This document shows, piece after piece, positions 1-10,078 of a stretch of 64,000 nt of DNA. The notes beneath the pieces are model-generated. The model ran no database searches. It saw nothing but the letters and a program-made list of their open reading frames with translations, and was not told the DNA's origin. Source of the stretch: Candidatus Zixiibacteriota bacterium (GTDB taxonomy: Bacteria > Zixibacteria > MSB-5A5 > GN15 > FEB-12); assembly GCA_021163775.1 (NCBI GenBank), contig JAGGTI010000105.1, forward strand, positions 354 through 64,353. Reading direction: 5' to 3'. Each line of letters starts with the position of its first letter. Positions within the stretch are counted from its first letter, which is position 1. A program made the translations under genes and the position numbers.

Positions 1-90
1 CGGAACACCGACCTACAAAATTTTTGCGTGGTGTACGTTACAGTCCACAAACAAGTCCTTGGGGCAGACAGGGCGTCTGCCGCCCACGGA
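1..90. repeat. Direct repeat, copy 1 (possibly truncated by the window edge). Contains hairpin GGCAGAC-agggc-GTCTGCC at 63..81.
   Basis: Positions 1..59 (cggaacaccgacctacaaaatttttgcgtggtgtacgttacagtccacaaacaagtcct) recur identically at 335..393. Both copies continue into a ggggcagac...gtctgccgcccacg hairpin with small differences. Confidence 0.85.
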
Positions 91-110
91 GTAAGTCCAC
101 CAATGTCGAA

Positions 111-210
111 ACCGCCCGAAGCGGTCTGGTTTTGACCTACTATGCTTCTCCGTCTCACCCGCCTTCTCCGTCTCACCCGCGCAGGCGGGTGCCTATGTCC
201 ACTCGCATTA
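111..210. repeat. Cluster of GC-rich hairpins (REP-like): ACCGC-ccgaa-GCGGT at 111..125 and CACCCGC-gcag-GCGGGTG at 174..191, plus the shared tail cctatgtccactcgcat.
   Basis: The inverted repeats were read directly. The 174..210 element reappears almost unchanged at 8636..8670. A 15-nt unit, ctccgtctcacccgc, is duplicated at 148..162 and 166..180. Confidence 0.7.
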
Positions 211-334
211 CATCAGAGATGAAATCGTGTTTTTGAAAAAGAGTTCAATCGAGGGTTTTATCTATCGTGAAAACGGATTGTTTCTGCGATGATTAGGCCG
301 GATGTCGGGTTTCTCCGGTCGCCGAGGCACCCAT

Positions 335-424
335 CGGAACACCGACCTACAAAATTTTTGCGTGGTGTACGTTACAGTCCACAAACAAGTCCTACGGGGC
401 AGACGAGGGCGTCTGCCGCCCACG
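335..424. repeat. Direct repeat, copy 2. Hairpin GGCAGAC-gagggc-GTCTGCC at 398..417, followed by a tandem duplication of ctgccgcccacgaa (413..426 and 429..442).
   Basis: Read directly from the sequence. The offset between the two copies is 334 nt. Confidence 0.85.
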
Positions 425-460
425 AATACTGCCGCCCACGAAACGTCACATTACCGGAGC

Positions 461-1681
461 CTACTCGAACAGCGAGCCGTAATCAAGCAGGTACAACACC
501 ACACCAACCGCAAAGACCACTCCCAGTGGCAGAATGACTTTTTTAATCATACTCCCCACATCACAACCAAAATAATTTGAGGTCACAACCACACATAAAT
601 GCGCTGGTGATATAAGAAAACCGGTGAATCCCGACAGCGACGCCAGCATAATATTGTTCGGGATAAGTTCCGGCTGGTAGAGCAATCCGGCCAGCAATGT
701 GAACCCCAACCCGACATAGGCCGAAATCATCCCGGTCAGGAAACCGATCAAAAAACAAACACTGAAAATAATCATACCTTCCGGCAGATGATACTCTGTC
801 GCTAATTTCGGGATCGACTCCATTCCGCCCGAAAGCTCCAGAATACTCTGGAATGACAGCACTCCATAAATGAACATCAACATCTTGATCGACAGCCCCT
901 GCTTGATCGCACTGGCCATAATCTTTTTCGTCGGATGCGCAACTACAACCAGGCAGAGATTGGCAATCAACAATGAAAGCGATAGTTCAACCTTGAAAGC
1001 TCCGTACAAAGTGACCGCAATAATCACCGGCCAGATCGAACCAATAATCCCGATGACAGCTTTGGCAATTGACGGGTTAGCTGATGGTTGACTCCCCATA
1101 GGTCGAATGAACACAAACAAGCCGACTATGAGCATCGCTACTGTAAGAGGTGATTGTAACAGCGATATTTTGTAAACCGGCATGCCGGTAACCGCCTCGG
1201 TGAGAATTATCCCCGGATAGATCGGCCAGGTCAGTTCGATCAGGTGTCGAAACCAGTAGTTGGTAGCACATTTGAAATGTGGTGTGTATTGCTTGTCGCT
1301 CATGAGCGAATTAACCAGCGGCGCTGACATAAGCGACCCGCCCGGCATAGGCATCACCCCAATAAGTGGCGGAAGGATAACAACTGCGGCCTTGTTGCCG
1401 CCGCGAAGATTCTGGCAGGCATCGGCCATACGATCCAGAAAACCCAGATCCTTGAGCAGACTCCCCATTATGGTCGCCAGTACAATCAGCCCGGTGAGCG
1501 ATATAAACCTGTGAGACAGAGCAACATCGCGATAAGTCACCAACAGTGAATCAAGTGGAATCAGATAAATCAACGCCGTGAACGGCCCTACTGCCATAAG
1601 CGTAATCCCAATCGGGATCTTGCGCCTGAGAGCAACAATGATAGATACGAGGATAAGACCGAGTCGGAGTGATTCCATCAA
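461..1681 (-). CDS. Polytopic inner-membrane protein, permease-like (DUF401-like by recollection only).
   Basis: 406-aa ORF that is hydrophobic throughout, with at least 10 predicted helices (for example LILVSIIVALRR, GIIGSIWPVIIAVTLYGAF, VILPLGVVFAVGVVLYLL). No catalytic motif was recognised. Confidence 0.6.
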   Translation of the reverse strand: MMESLRLGLILVSIIVALRRKIPIGITLMAVGPFTALIYLIPLDSLLVTYRDVALSHRFISLTGLIVLATIMGSLLKDLGFLDRMADACQNLRGGNKAAVVILPPLIGVMPMPGGSLMSAPLVNSLMSDKQYTPHFKCATNYWFRHLIELTWPIYPGIILTEAVTGMPVYKISLLQSPLTVAMLIVGLFVFIRPMGSQPSANPSIAKAVIGIIGSIWPVIIAVTLYGAFKVELSLSLLIANLCLVVVAHPTKKIMASAIKQGLSIKMLMFIYGVLSFQSILELSGGMESIPKLATEYHLPEGMIIFSVCFLIGFLTGMISAYVGLGFTLLAGLLYQPELIPNNIMLASLSGFTGFLISPAHLCVVVTSNYFGCDVGSMIKKVILPLGVVFAVGVVLYLLDYGSLFE

Positions 1682-1768
1682 TACAAGAAACTAATATAGC
1701 CATTGGAAGTCAATCCCCGCAGGTGAGGACTTGACTTTGGAGCTGTTCGGCATAGTTTTCAACCCACT

Positions 1769-3088
1769 ATGGGTCTGCCACAACCAACAATCTCCAGTCT
1801 CACGCTTCTGCCGATCGACTGTTTCGCCCAGATCGCTCGACAACCCGGCTCAGTCTGGCTGGACTCATCACTAACACGCGGCGGCTGGGGCGAGCATTCA
1901 ATTCTGGCCACTAACCCAACTGCCGAGATCATTCTCCGAGGCAATCAGGGGACAATAAGCCAAACCGACAGCAAAGAATCGACCGTTTGTGACCGAAATC
2001 GCATCCTTGCCGAGCTGGAGCAAATCCGACTGGACAAACACCGAATCGCAATCGGGTATATATCATACGAAGCCTGTCTCCCCTGGCTTGAACTGCGGTC
2101 GTCCCACCAAAATTCGCACCGGCCTGAGATTCATTTCTATGTGTATGACCAGGTATTGGAGTATGACCACCAAAGCGGCTGGTTTTCGTCGCCGGGACTG
2201 GCGATGGAGTATCTCGAAACCGACATCGACCCCGCACAACTGGCGGCAATTGATTACCCCTGCCCCACCGAGCTGAAAGACAACACTCCGCGGTCCACCT
2301 ACCTGGACCGGGTGAACCGAGTCAAACAGTATATTTTTGAAGGCGATATATACCAGGCTAATTACACTTGTCGGTTTGAAGCTCAGACTTCGCTTGACCC
2401 GTTCGTAGCCTACTTGAGATTACGGCGATTCAACCCGGCCCCTTACAGCGCATTCATGAATTTCGGCGACTACCAAGTGTTGTCATCCTCACCGGAAAGA
2501 ATGTTCCTGTGGGAAGGCGACCGTATCGTCAGTTCGCCAATCAAAGGGACAATCAGCCGAGGCGAGAATGAACACGACATAGCCGTCAATCTTGAACGTC
2601 TGTTACATTCGGACAAAGATCGGGCCGAGCTGATGATGATCGTTGATCTGGTTCGCAACGATCTGGGCAAACTGGCACCTGCAGGTGAAGTTACGGTTGA
2701 ACAGTTGTATCGTCCCGAGATTTATTCATCGGTGATTCATCTGATATCGGATATCTCAGCCCAAGTGCGACCAGATTGTACATTAAAGAAAGTCCTGACT
2801 GCCTTGCTACCGGGCGGATCAATCACCGGCGCTCCAAAGAAACGAGCGGTGGAGATTATCGACGAACTGGAAGATCAACCCCGGTCGGTGTACACCGGAT
2901 CCATCGGCTATGTCGGGTTTGGCCGGGCTGATTTCAATATCGCAATCCGCACCATGACGCATCGCAATGGCTGTTACCAGATTCATGCCGGGGGCGGCAT
3001 TGTGGCCGACAGCGATCCGACCGCTGAGTATGATGAGATGTTACTCAAGGCGCATAACCTGTTTCGAGCTATTGGGGCAAGAGCATGA
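1769..3088 (+). CDS. pabB: Aminodeoxychorismate synthase component I (chorismate-binding enzyme family).
   Basis: 439 aa with chorismate-utilising enzyme signatures PGGSITGAPKKRAVEIIDELE, SVYTGSIGYVGF and GGGIVADSDP. A 4-nt ATGA overlap with the downstream class-IV aminotransferase favours PabB over TrpE or MenF. Confidence 0.75.
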   Translation: MGLPQPTISSLTLLPIDCFAQIARQPGSVWLDSSLTRGGWGEHSILATNPTAEIILRGNQGTISQTDSKESTVCDRNRILAELEQIRLDKHRIAIGYISYEACLPWLELRSSHQNSHRPEIHFYVYDQVLEYDHQSGWFSSPGLAMEYLETDIDPAQLAAIDYPCPTELKDNTPRSTYLDRVNRVKQYIFEGDIYQANYTCRFEAQTSLDPFVAYLRLRRFNPAPYSAFMNFGDYQVLSSSPERMFLWEGDRIVSSPIKGTISRGENEHDIAVNLERLLHSDKDRAELMMIVDLVRNDLGKLAPAGEVTVEQLYRPEIYSSVIHLISDISAQVRPDCTLKKVLTALLPGGSITGAPKKRAVEIIDELEDQPRSVYTGSIGYVGFGRADFNIAIRTMTHRNGCYQIHAGGGIVADSDPTAEYDEMLLKAHNLFRAIGARA

Positions 3089-3936
3089 CAACAAAGCGAG
3101 CCAGAACGATCACGACTATCAACGGCAAACGAGTCTCAAACGCCAAAGCGCGGGTTTCGGTTTTTGACAATTCACTCCTTTACGCTGAGGGATTGTTTGA
3201 GACTTTTCTGGCCTGTGATAATCGAGTGCTGTATCTGAAATTACATCTGGATCGCCTCTACAAGGGCGCGGCTGTTATCGATCTCAAACCACCGGTCGGA
3301 CGAAGACAACTTACCGAATGGATGCGAAAAACGCTGGAAGCTCACCCGGACCGAATCAACAAACTGAGACTGACGATGACTTCCGGGGAAGCGGAACGAT
3401 GGACCGGAGTACCTGGTAAACCGCAGGTTATCCTCTCAGCGGCCCCCCACACTCTCCCCTTGCAACCATTTCGGGTACAGGTATCTGACTGGCGGGTTGA
3501 CCAGGATTCGAAGTTTCGGCGCATCAAAACCATTTCGTACGCAGTCCATGCGGCCGCGCTCAAGCGGGCAAAAATCGAGGGGTTCGATGATGCTTTGATG
3601 TTGAACAAGAAGAGGCAGGTGGCCGAGATCACAACGGCCAATATCTTCTGGTGTCACCGGGGTCGAATCTATACCCCACCAATCACCGCCGGTTGCCTTG
3701 AAGGGGTAACACGTCAAGTTGTCATGCGGGAAGCCCGTAAACTCGGCCTGCGTATTATAGAAAAGAATGAATCGCTGGATCGACTGGTCGAGGCTGACGA
3801 GATCTTCCTGTCAAGCTCGCTCAAACTAGTACTTGGCATCTCGGAAATATCCTATGGACGGCGACGGTTTTTCTTCGAGCCGGGTGAAATAACCCACACT
3901 CTGGCCAAACACATCCGACATCTGTCCCGAATCTGA
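3085..3936 (+). CDS. pabC: Aminodeoxychorismate lyase / fold-type IV PLP aminotransferase.
   Basis: 283 aa with class-IV aminotransferase-like segments (SLLYAEGLFETF, TANIFWCHRGRIYTPP, GCLEGVTRQ). Translationally coupled to pabB. Confidence 0.7.
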   Translation: MTTKRARTITTINGKRVSNAKARVSVFDNSLLYAEGLFETFLACDNRVLYLKLHLDRLYKGAAVIDLKPPVGRRQLTEWMRKTLEAHPDRINKLRLTMTSGEAERWTGVPGKPQVILSAAPHTLPLQPFRVQVSDWRVDQDSKFRRIKTISYAVHAAALKRAKIEGFDDALMLNKKRQVAEITTANIFWCHRGRIYTPPITAGCLEGVTRQVVMREARKLGLRIIEKNESLDRLVEADEIFLSSSLKLVLGISEISYGRRRFFFEPGEITHTLAKHIRHLSRI

Positions 3937-4071
3937 TTCGGCAGTCATTCTCGTAACACATATGGCAACACGCCGGCACGGTAGGATTTTGTTTGACTTG
4001 ATTTTAGGTGAACGGGTATAATCAATTGAGATGTGAACGTAAGTAGTGATGGGTGAGTTGAGGATGTTGAG

Positions 4072-4875
4072 ATGACCAAATTAAGCAAGACAATCGCAAT
4101 GCTGACAATCGGCTGGCTGACCATAACTTCGGCGAATGCCCAGGATATGGAATTGGACGCCTCCCACACGCTCTACGACTTTGCCCCTCGCAAATTGGTT
4201 GATCTGCCAACGGCAGGCACATTGCCGAAGGGGACATTTCAGATCGGTCTGCGCATCTATGCGGGTGGTGGTGCCCTCGGCTATACCGATATCGGGCTAT
4301 CTAACCGTTTCTCTTTGGGTATCGCCTATGGTGGCACTGATATTGTCTCGAATGGCGACCCGGAGTGGAACCCTCGGATCGGATTCAACCTGAAATTCCG
4401 CATTGTTGATGAACTCGAGTTTTTTCCGGCTATCGCGATCGGTTTCTCTGACCAGGGTTACGGTGGTTATCGTAGCGATTATGAGCGCTACACCTACAAA
4501 TCGCGTGGTTTCTACGGGGTAGTAAGTCGATCTTTCTATTTCTACAAATGGACATCCGGCTGGCACTTTGGGGTAAACTACTCGCGCGAACATGATGTTG
4601 ACAACGACAAAGATATCAATTTCTTTGGCGGATTCGATGCCACCTTCAATTACAACTTAGCTATCCTGGCAGAGTATGATGCCGCCCTTAACGACAACAA
4701 AGGTGACAACGATCATATTACCGGCAAAGGACGGGGTTACCTGAACGTATCGATCAAGTGGCTTTTCGCCGAAAATCTCGAATTGGAATTGTTACTCAAA
4801 GATCTGCTTATAAATCGATGGGAATCGGAAACTCTAACCCGTGAAGTGCGGATGATGTATATCGATAATTTTTAG
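4072..4875 (+). CDS. Secreted protein, probable small outer-membrane beta-barrel (function unknown).
   Basis: 267 aa with signal peptide MTKLSKTIAMLTIGWLTITSANAQ. The sequence is Gly/aromatic-rich with an alternating pattern, and the C-terminal residue is Phe (...MMYIDNF), as in many OM barrels. Confidence 0.5.
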   Translation: MTKLSKTIAMLTIGWLTITSANAQDMELDASHTLYDFAPRKLVDLPTAGTLPKGTFQIGLRIYAGGGALGYTDIGLSNRFSLGIAYGGTDIVSNGDPEWNPRIGFNLKFRIVDELEFFPAIAIGFSDQGYGGYRSDYERYTYKSRGFYGVVSRSFYFYKWTSGWHFGVNYSREHDVDNDKDINFFGGFDATFNYNLAILAEYDAALNDNKGDNDHITGKGRGYLNVSIKWLFAENLELELLLKDLLINRWESETLTREVRMMYIDNF

Positions 4876-4887
4876 AGACGCAGACTG

Positions 4888-5622
4888 TTAGACACCAAGT
4901 TTCGCCCAGCGATTTAGAACCATCTCTACAAAATCGCCAACTTCCTTGATGACCAACTCACGGTATTCGTGTGCTTTTTTGATATCAAATTCGGGATATC
5001 CCACTCCTTCTTCGTACAGGAGAATTGTCCCCGGTACCGGGTAAACATCCGCACCACGCCTAAAGTTGTAGGCAATTTCCGGGTCGTATGAGGATTCATC
5101 AAGATAAGCCGGATCAATCGCCTGAACCAGAGCCGCTTCGTTGGTGCCGGCGTGACCACCGGGATGGCCCCAGAATTTACGATCAAGCCCATCACAGAGT
5201 TCCCACCAATGAACAACAGCCATGTTGCAACCGGTTTCCACATGGAACTCGTACGCGACTTTCTTCAGCGATGTATTATTTCCCCCGTGCCCATTAAGAA
5301 CAATCACGTTCCTGAAACCATTCTTCACCAGCGAGTCGGCAATGTCTCGAACAAAGCCTTCAAAAATTTCCGGATCAATAGTGATACTACCGGCGTAGCG
5401 AAAAAGTGACTTGGTGATACCATAGTTTACTATTGGCGCAATGAGAGCATCGATCCGCTCGGCGATACCATCGGCCAACATTTCCGGGATAAAGTTATCA
5501 GTACCGACACAGGCCGTCCCATGAGCTTCAACGGTACCAATCGGAAGAATAATTGTTTCGATCTTATCAGGGACCAACTCTGCAATAGTGGGCCAGTTTA
5601 GTTTTTGGAGATAACGTTCCAT
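4888..5622 (-). CDS. Creatininase-family amidohydrolase.
   Basis: 244 aa with metal-binding motifs typical of the family: ILPIGTVEAHG, VLNGHGGNN and GGHAGTNE. Confidence 0.8.
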   Translation of the reverse strand: MERYLQKLNWPTIAELVPDKIETIILPIGTVEAHGTACVGTDNFIPEMLADGIAERIDALIAPIVNYGITKSLFRYAGSITIDPEIFEGFVRDIADSLVKNGFRNVIVLNGHGGNNTSLKKVAYEFHVETGCNMAVVHWWELCDGLDRKFWGHPGGHAGTNEAALVQAIDPAYLDESSYDPEIAYNFRRGADVYPVPGTILLYEEGVGYPEFDIKKAHEYRELVIKEVGDFVEMVLNRWAKLGV

Positions 5623-6366
5623 TTAGATATCCAATTTTGTAAGCAATCGTTCCATGACCAGTTCGGTCTCACGCGCAGTTTCATCATCCTGTTCAAATCG
5701 ATACTGGTTAATATCACGCGCCATCAAGTCAAGTTCTTCGGGACTTTCGATAGTATACCAAATATCAAGCTCTGACCAACTCAACTTACCGGTGAAAGCC
5801 GAAGCTACTTCCGAGTATATTGAGGGTGACTTCCAATCAAAATCCGACAGCTTGATGTGATAGGCTCCCGACATTCCGATAGTGTAATATCGCCCTTCGG
5901 GAGTCGGGCCGAATACAGCGTCTGAATCCCGTAACATGCGCAGGGCAGATTTCATCATCGAGGCTGTAAACGTCGGCGTGCGACTGCCGACCAGCAGTAC
6001 ATTGTTGTAACCAGACTTGAAACAATCCTGGAATATCTTTTCGATCCTGATACCCCACCGTTCCAGGGTGAGGGCGTGTGACGAGAAACGAGCTTTCAGA
6101 TCGCTTTTCTTCCCCCCCAGCTTCTTAACGAGGTAGTCGAAAACAATCTTGACCAGTCGAGCACGTTCCGGCTCATCAATAAAGTACAACCTGACATCAA
6201 CCGATGGCAACTTCAACGCTTCGACCACAGTGTCAGTGATGAACGCCTGGTGTAGAAATCTCAGGTTGTCGCCTTTGATGGCACCCAGATCCATCTTCGA
6301 GCCGTCTTCCTTAGGCTCCTGAATACAGATCGCGATAATTGATTGATTCTTTTTTTTGGCAGGCAT
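5623..6366 (-). CDS. DUF2064-like (nucleotidyl/glycosyl-transferase-like) protein.
   Basis: The ORF is open to 6546 (TTG), but the recognisable domain starts at ATG 6366 (MPAKKKNQSIIAICIQEPK...). The AVFGPTPEGRYYTIGM segment resembles the family signature. Start choice is uncertain. Confidence 0.5.
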   Translation of the reverse strand: MPAKKKNQSIIAICIQEPKEDGSKMDLGAIKGDNLRFLHQAFITDTVVEALKLPSVDVRLYFIDEPERARLVKIVFDYLVKKLGGKKSDLKARFSSHALTLERWGIRIEKIFQDCFKSGYNNVLLVGSRTPTFTASMMKSALRMLRDSDAVFGPTPEGRYYTIGMSGAYHIKLSDFDWKSPSIYSEVASAFTGKLSWSELDIWYTIESPEELDLMARDINQYRFEQDDETARETELVMERLLTKLDI

Positions 6367-6552
6367 AAGTATCCGAGTATTTTGTCCTGTGCTTTCTTTA
6401 CTTTCGCCAATATAGGTTACCTTTTCGTACAGGTCAAGATGGTCTGAGACAAAAAAAGACGTATCTAAACAATCAGTAATATCGGTCAACGATGAATAAC
6501 ATTTGACAGGATAGACGTTCAACGCAGGGCCAATCGACCCAAACAAGACTTG

Positions 6553-8460
6553 CTAATGCAGGCGTTGCATCTCGATGATCAGAGATTCAGGTTCCACAAC
6601 ACCGGTTATAATCTTATGCACCTCACCCTGAGAATCCAGCAATAGAGTGGTGGGCAGAGAATAAGCCTTGAGTCCGAACCTTGCTTTGAAAGCGAGGGTT
6701 TCGGGTGAATCACTTTTTTCCAGTTGAACCTTTATAGGCACAAAACGCTCGGCTTCAACCCCAACCTCAGGGTTACTGAAAGTCTTCTTCTCGAGCACAC
6801 GGCAATTCGCACACCAGGTCGCCCAAGTGTCAATAATGACCGGTTTATTCTCGGCACGTGCACGCGCCAGACCGGTTGCCAAATCAGTTTCCCAGCCCGT
6901 GATGCCGGTTTCCTCAACCGTAGACACGGCTCCCATAGATGGGAACCAATGCGAGGCGGACGGCAATAGGAAACCCTGGCTAAACATAAGACCGAGAAGT
7001 AGATAGGTGCCAACAATCAGAGCCAAAATACCGAGAAGTTTTTTGAGACGCGGGAAAAAACCGGATTCAGACGTTAGTCGATCCAGACCTCCGCCAAAAA
7101 CTCCGAACACAAACAGAAGCAATGCGGTAATCAGTGCAGTAATCTCTACACTTATCAACGGTCGCAGGAAATAGATAGCCATCAACAAAAGGATAAAACC
7201 GAAGAATTTCTTGACTGTTTCCATCCACACACCGGATTGTGGCAAACGGTTAATAGCCGAAGAAAACGTGCCTATAATAACAAAGAGGGTTCCCAGACCG
7301 AGTGCAAAGGAAAACAGAGTAAAGAAACCGATAACCGGTGATCCGTTGGTAGCAATATAGAGCAGGATACCAGCCACGAACGGCCCCACGCAGGGAGACA
7401 CGACTAAAGCGGCCACGACTCCGAGTATAATCGATCCAACAACTCCCCCGCCACCCTTGGTTGTACCCAGTTTATTACGCAACGAAGCTGGTATGTTCAG
7501 GTCGTACAGACCAAACATCGACAGCGCGAACACGATAAAGATAATCACAATGCCGATAACCACCGGCGGACTGGCCAGCCAGGCACCAAACACACCACCG
7601 ACCGCCGAAACAACCAGCCCCATGATGCCGTAAATAAACGCCATCGTCCCAACATAAATCAGTGACAGGAAAAAACCCCGCCCTACAGTACGTTCCTGCC
7701 CGGCAAAGATGCTTACCGTTATTGGAATCATCGGATAGGTGCAAGGCGAAAACGACAACAGCAGACCCGTGACAAAGGCAAGACCCAACACCAATACGTA
7801 ACCCCAAGCTCCGTGATCGCGTATCATCTGCTCCAGTTCGGATTCCGGCTCTACCGCCCGTGTGTCGGGCAGGTCGGCCTCTGATGCTTCGCTTTGGCCG
7901 GCAAATACTGTCTCGTTGATCGAATGACCACCAACACCTACAGTGATCTTCAGCGACACATCCACATCTTCGGGTGCCCGACACTCGCGGTCGTTACACG
8001 GCTGATATGTCATTGTGATCGGTAAGGTATAGGTTCCGGCCGACAGGTTAGAGTCAATCGTAACCCGAAACGGAATAATCACCTGGTCGGTGTAGACCGA
8101 CATGCGCTCTTCACCCAGGGTTTCATCTACCCCTATGGGATAAATCAGGTCACCCGGAACAATACCCTCAAGCGAACCAAACGCAACTTCAGCGGCAATA
8201 AGATAGTCCTGGTACGGGGCAGCTGAGTTGATGTGCCAGCCCGGCGCGATATCGACAACAACTGCCGCATCATAGACACCACCCGATTCCGCCACAGACA
8301 TCGAGAAAACCGAGACGACATCAACCAATTCTTCGACATCGTTTTCGCCAAGACTAAAAGACTGTGCAACGCCTGAAGATACACCGCCGATCAAACTGAA
8401 CATAAGCCAGCCGGCGAGTGTTAAGGTCCGCAGAATAGTATTACTTCGAAAGAATCTCAT
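6553..8460 (-). CDS. dsbD: Thiol:disulfide interchange protein DsbD family.
   Basis: 635 aa. It has a signal peptide and periplasmic N-domain, a polytopic core with the Cys motifs CTYPMIP and SPCVGPF, and a C-terminal thioredoxin fold WATWCANCR. Confidence 0.85.
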   Translation of the reverse strand: MRFFRSNTILRTLTLAGWLMFSLIGGVSSGVAQSFSLGENDVEELVDVVSVFSMSVAESGGVYDAAVVVDIAPGWHINSAAPYQDYLIAAEVAFGSLEGIVPGDLIYPIGVDETLGEERMSVYTDQVIIPFRVTIDSNLSAGTYTLPITMTYQPCNDRECRAPEDVDVSLKITVGVGGHSINETVFAGQSEASEADLPDTRAVEPESELEQMIRDHGAWGYVLVLGLAFVTGLLLSFSPCTYPMIPITVSIFAGQERTVGRGFFLSLIYVGTMAFIYGIMGLVVSAVGGVFGAWLASPPVVIGIVIIFIVFALSMFGLYDLNIPASLRNKLGTTKGGGGVVGSIILGVVAALVVSPCVGPFVAGILLYIATNGSPVIGFFTLFSFALGLGTLFVIIGTFSSAINRLPQSGVWMETVKKFFGFILLLMAIYFLRPLISVEITALITALLLFVFGVFGGGLDRLTSESGFFPRLKKLLGILALIVGTYLLLGLMFSQGFLLPSASHWFPSMGAVSTVEETGITGWETDLATGLARARAENKPVIIDTWATWCANCRVLEKKTFSNPEVGVEAERFVPIKVQLEKSDSPETLAFKARFGLKAYSLPTTLLLDSQGEVHKIITGVVEPESLIIEMQRLH

Positions 8461-8635
8461 TGTTTAACTCTATTGTAGTGTTTCATTTAGATGATATCTT
8501 ATTAAGAACCGCCCTGACTCGGCAGACCTTTGCCAATATCTTTTCAGCTTTGGCCGTCCAAACAAAGAACTTTGGGTTCTCCTTGTGTACGGCGATGAAA
8601 CATTCGATTGCTTTGACGAGCGCTTCACTCTGTCA

Positions 8636-8832
8636 CACCCGCGAAGGCGGGTGCCCATGTCCACTCGCATCCCGAAAAAGCAGTCAAGAATCAGCTTGGG
8701 ATAGTACTCCAATATGACCCAAGGCGACTGGGCATTTATTCTACAAAGATTGGCGGTCATGGATTCCGGCCTGCGCCGGAATGACGGTAAGCGAGGATGC
8801 TCTTTGGGGCAGACGGGACGTCTGCCGCCCAC
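8636..8832. repeat. Cluster of GC-rich hairpins (REP-like): CACCCGC-gaag-GCGGGTG at 8636..8653, ATTCCGGC-ctgc-GCCGGAAT at 8763..8782, and GGCAGACG-gga-CGTCTGCC at 8808..8826.
   Basis: The inverted repeats were read directly. Elements 1 and 3 are near-copies of elements at 174..210 and at 61..87 / 395..423. The cluster lies in the 423-nt gap between dsbD and the upstream receiver gene. Confidence 0.75.
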
Positions 8833-8883
8833 AAAACTCTGGTTGGAGATATTATAACACACAGAACAACGACATGTTTCGAT

Positions 8884-10074
8884 CTATCGCGAACTTTTCT
8901 TCTGCCGCTCAAGGATTTCAGATTTGATTAAGCGAAGGAGCTTATCGGAATCAATCCGGGAGGTCATCATCTCGGCCACCTTCTGGCCGACCTCGTGTGC
9001 AAACTCCTTGATGAAGATATCAATCTGAGTCGGCCCAATCTTTTCCATTGTTTCTTCCCAGGCTAGTTCATCACCGAGTTCAGCGGGAGTTTGAGACGGC
9101 ACTTCGGAAAGTGGCCGTTCCTCTTCGTTGGAGCGTACCTGCTCCATCTCCTTTTTGAATTCGTCGATGAAATGCTCAACCCCGATGGCCGGTACTGAAT
9201 TGACGGAAGAAGGCGTGCCCGGGCCGGGGGTAACAGGATCAACCGCCGCCGAAGGATCTGTGATCGACAACGACCCTGAATCTGAATGAGCTGTCGGGTT
9301 AGCCGGATCGACATCGCTTTTTATAGCATCAACAAACCAGTCGTAGTCATGGGCACCACCCTCAGCCGTCTGATCTGAATCGCCCAAACCGAACTGATTA
9401 GTGAGAATCTCGAGTTTGCCGGTCCCTTGGGTCGGCGGCGCTTTTCGACCCGGCTTCTGGTGCCTGACCTGACTGCTATCTTCATCTATCACCAGTGATT
9501 CCACCGTGGAGTTACCCACCTCAGTGCCTTCATTGATAGGAACATCCAAACCGATCAATTTTTCTGCAGTTGCGCCTGATTTGGATCGACTAATCGTAGT
9601 CTTATCCATCACCTCAGAATCGGTAACCTCGAGTTTATCCAGCCCTAATGCGGCATCCAGAAATTCATCATCAACCACAGAGGCATCCGTTTGAGCCGGA
9701 GCCGATTGGCCCAATTTTTTCTGATCACCCAGAAAGACCGAGACTTTGTGCAAAAAATCCCTCGGATCAAACGGCCGAGAAATCATCACTTCATCAGGGT
9801 AAACAGTATCGCTCTGCCCCACCGGTTCAAATAACAAGATGGGGATACCGCTAGTTTTTGAATCCTGTCGAATCCGTTCATGATACGGGGTGCCATCGGG
9901 AGCGGCCAGATCGGCCCCCACGATTATTAGATCCGGATGTGATAGTTCAAGAACCTCGCGCGCCTTTTCAGCCGCTGTGACAGCAATTACATCGTAGCCG
10001 TCCTGCCTTAGGACAGTCTCTGCAATTGACCTTAAAGTGTCGGTCTGTTCAGCAATGAGGACTTTGCGACGCAT
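8884..10074 (-). CDS. Receiver-domain protein (degenerate REC) with a long acidic disordered linker and a C-terminal helical region.
   Basis: 396 aa. The N-terminal ~120 aa has CheY-like periodicity (KVLIAEQ..., PDLIIVGADLAAPDG, IPILLFEP, ISRPFDPRDF), but canonical acidic and Lys positions are substituted. The rest is rich in D/E/S/P. Confidence 0.6.
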   Translation of the reverse strand: MRRKVLIAEQTDTLRSIAETVLRQDGYDVIAVTAAEKAREVLELSHPDLIIVGADLAAPDGTPYHERIRQDSKTSGIPILLFEPVGQSDTVYPDEVMISRPFDPRDFLHKVSVFLGDQKKLGQSAPAQTDASVVDDEFLDAALGLDKLEVTDSEVMDKTTISRSKSGATAEKLIGLDVPINEGTEVGNSTVESLVIDEDSSQVRHQKPGRKAPPTQGTGKLEILTNQFGLGDSDQTAEGGAHDYDWFVDAIKSDVDPANPTAHSDSGSLSITDPSAAVDPVTPGPGTPSSVNSVPAIGVEHFIDEFKKEMEQVRSNEEERPLSEVPSQTPAELGDELAWEETMEKIGPTQIDIFIKEFAHEVGQKVAEMMTSRIDSDKLLRLIKSEILERQKKSSR

Positions 10075-10078
10075 GCTG

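Noticed and set aside
24-580. Three overlapping small ORFs (24..236, 289..537, 302..580).
   Set aside because: Their similarity (LRGVRYSPQTSP) is a by-product of the DNA direct repeat. They overlap hairpin elements and the 3' end of the permease gene.
8470-8862. 130-aa ORF spanning the dsbD-upstream intergenic region.
   Set aside because: It is built almost entirely from the hairpin repeat elements. The same repeats produce unrelated reading frames at the other loci. It has no start context or motif.
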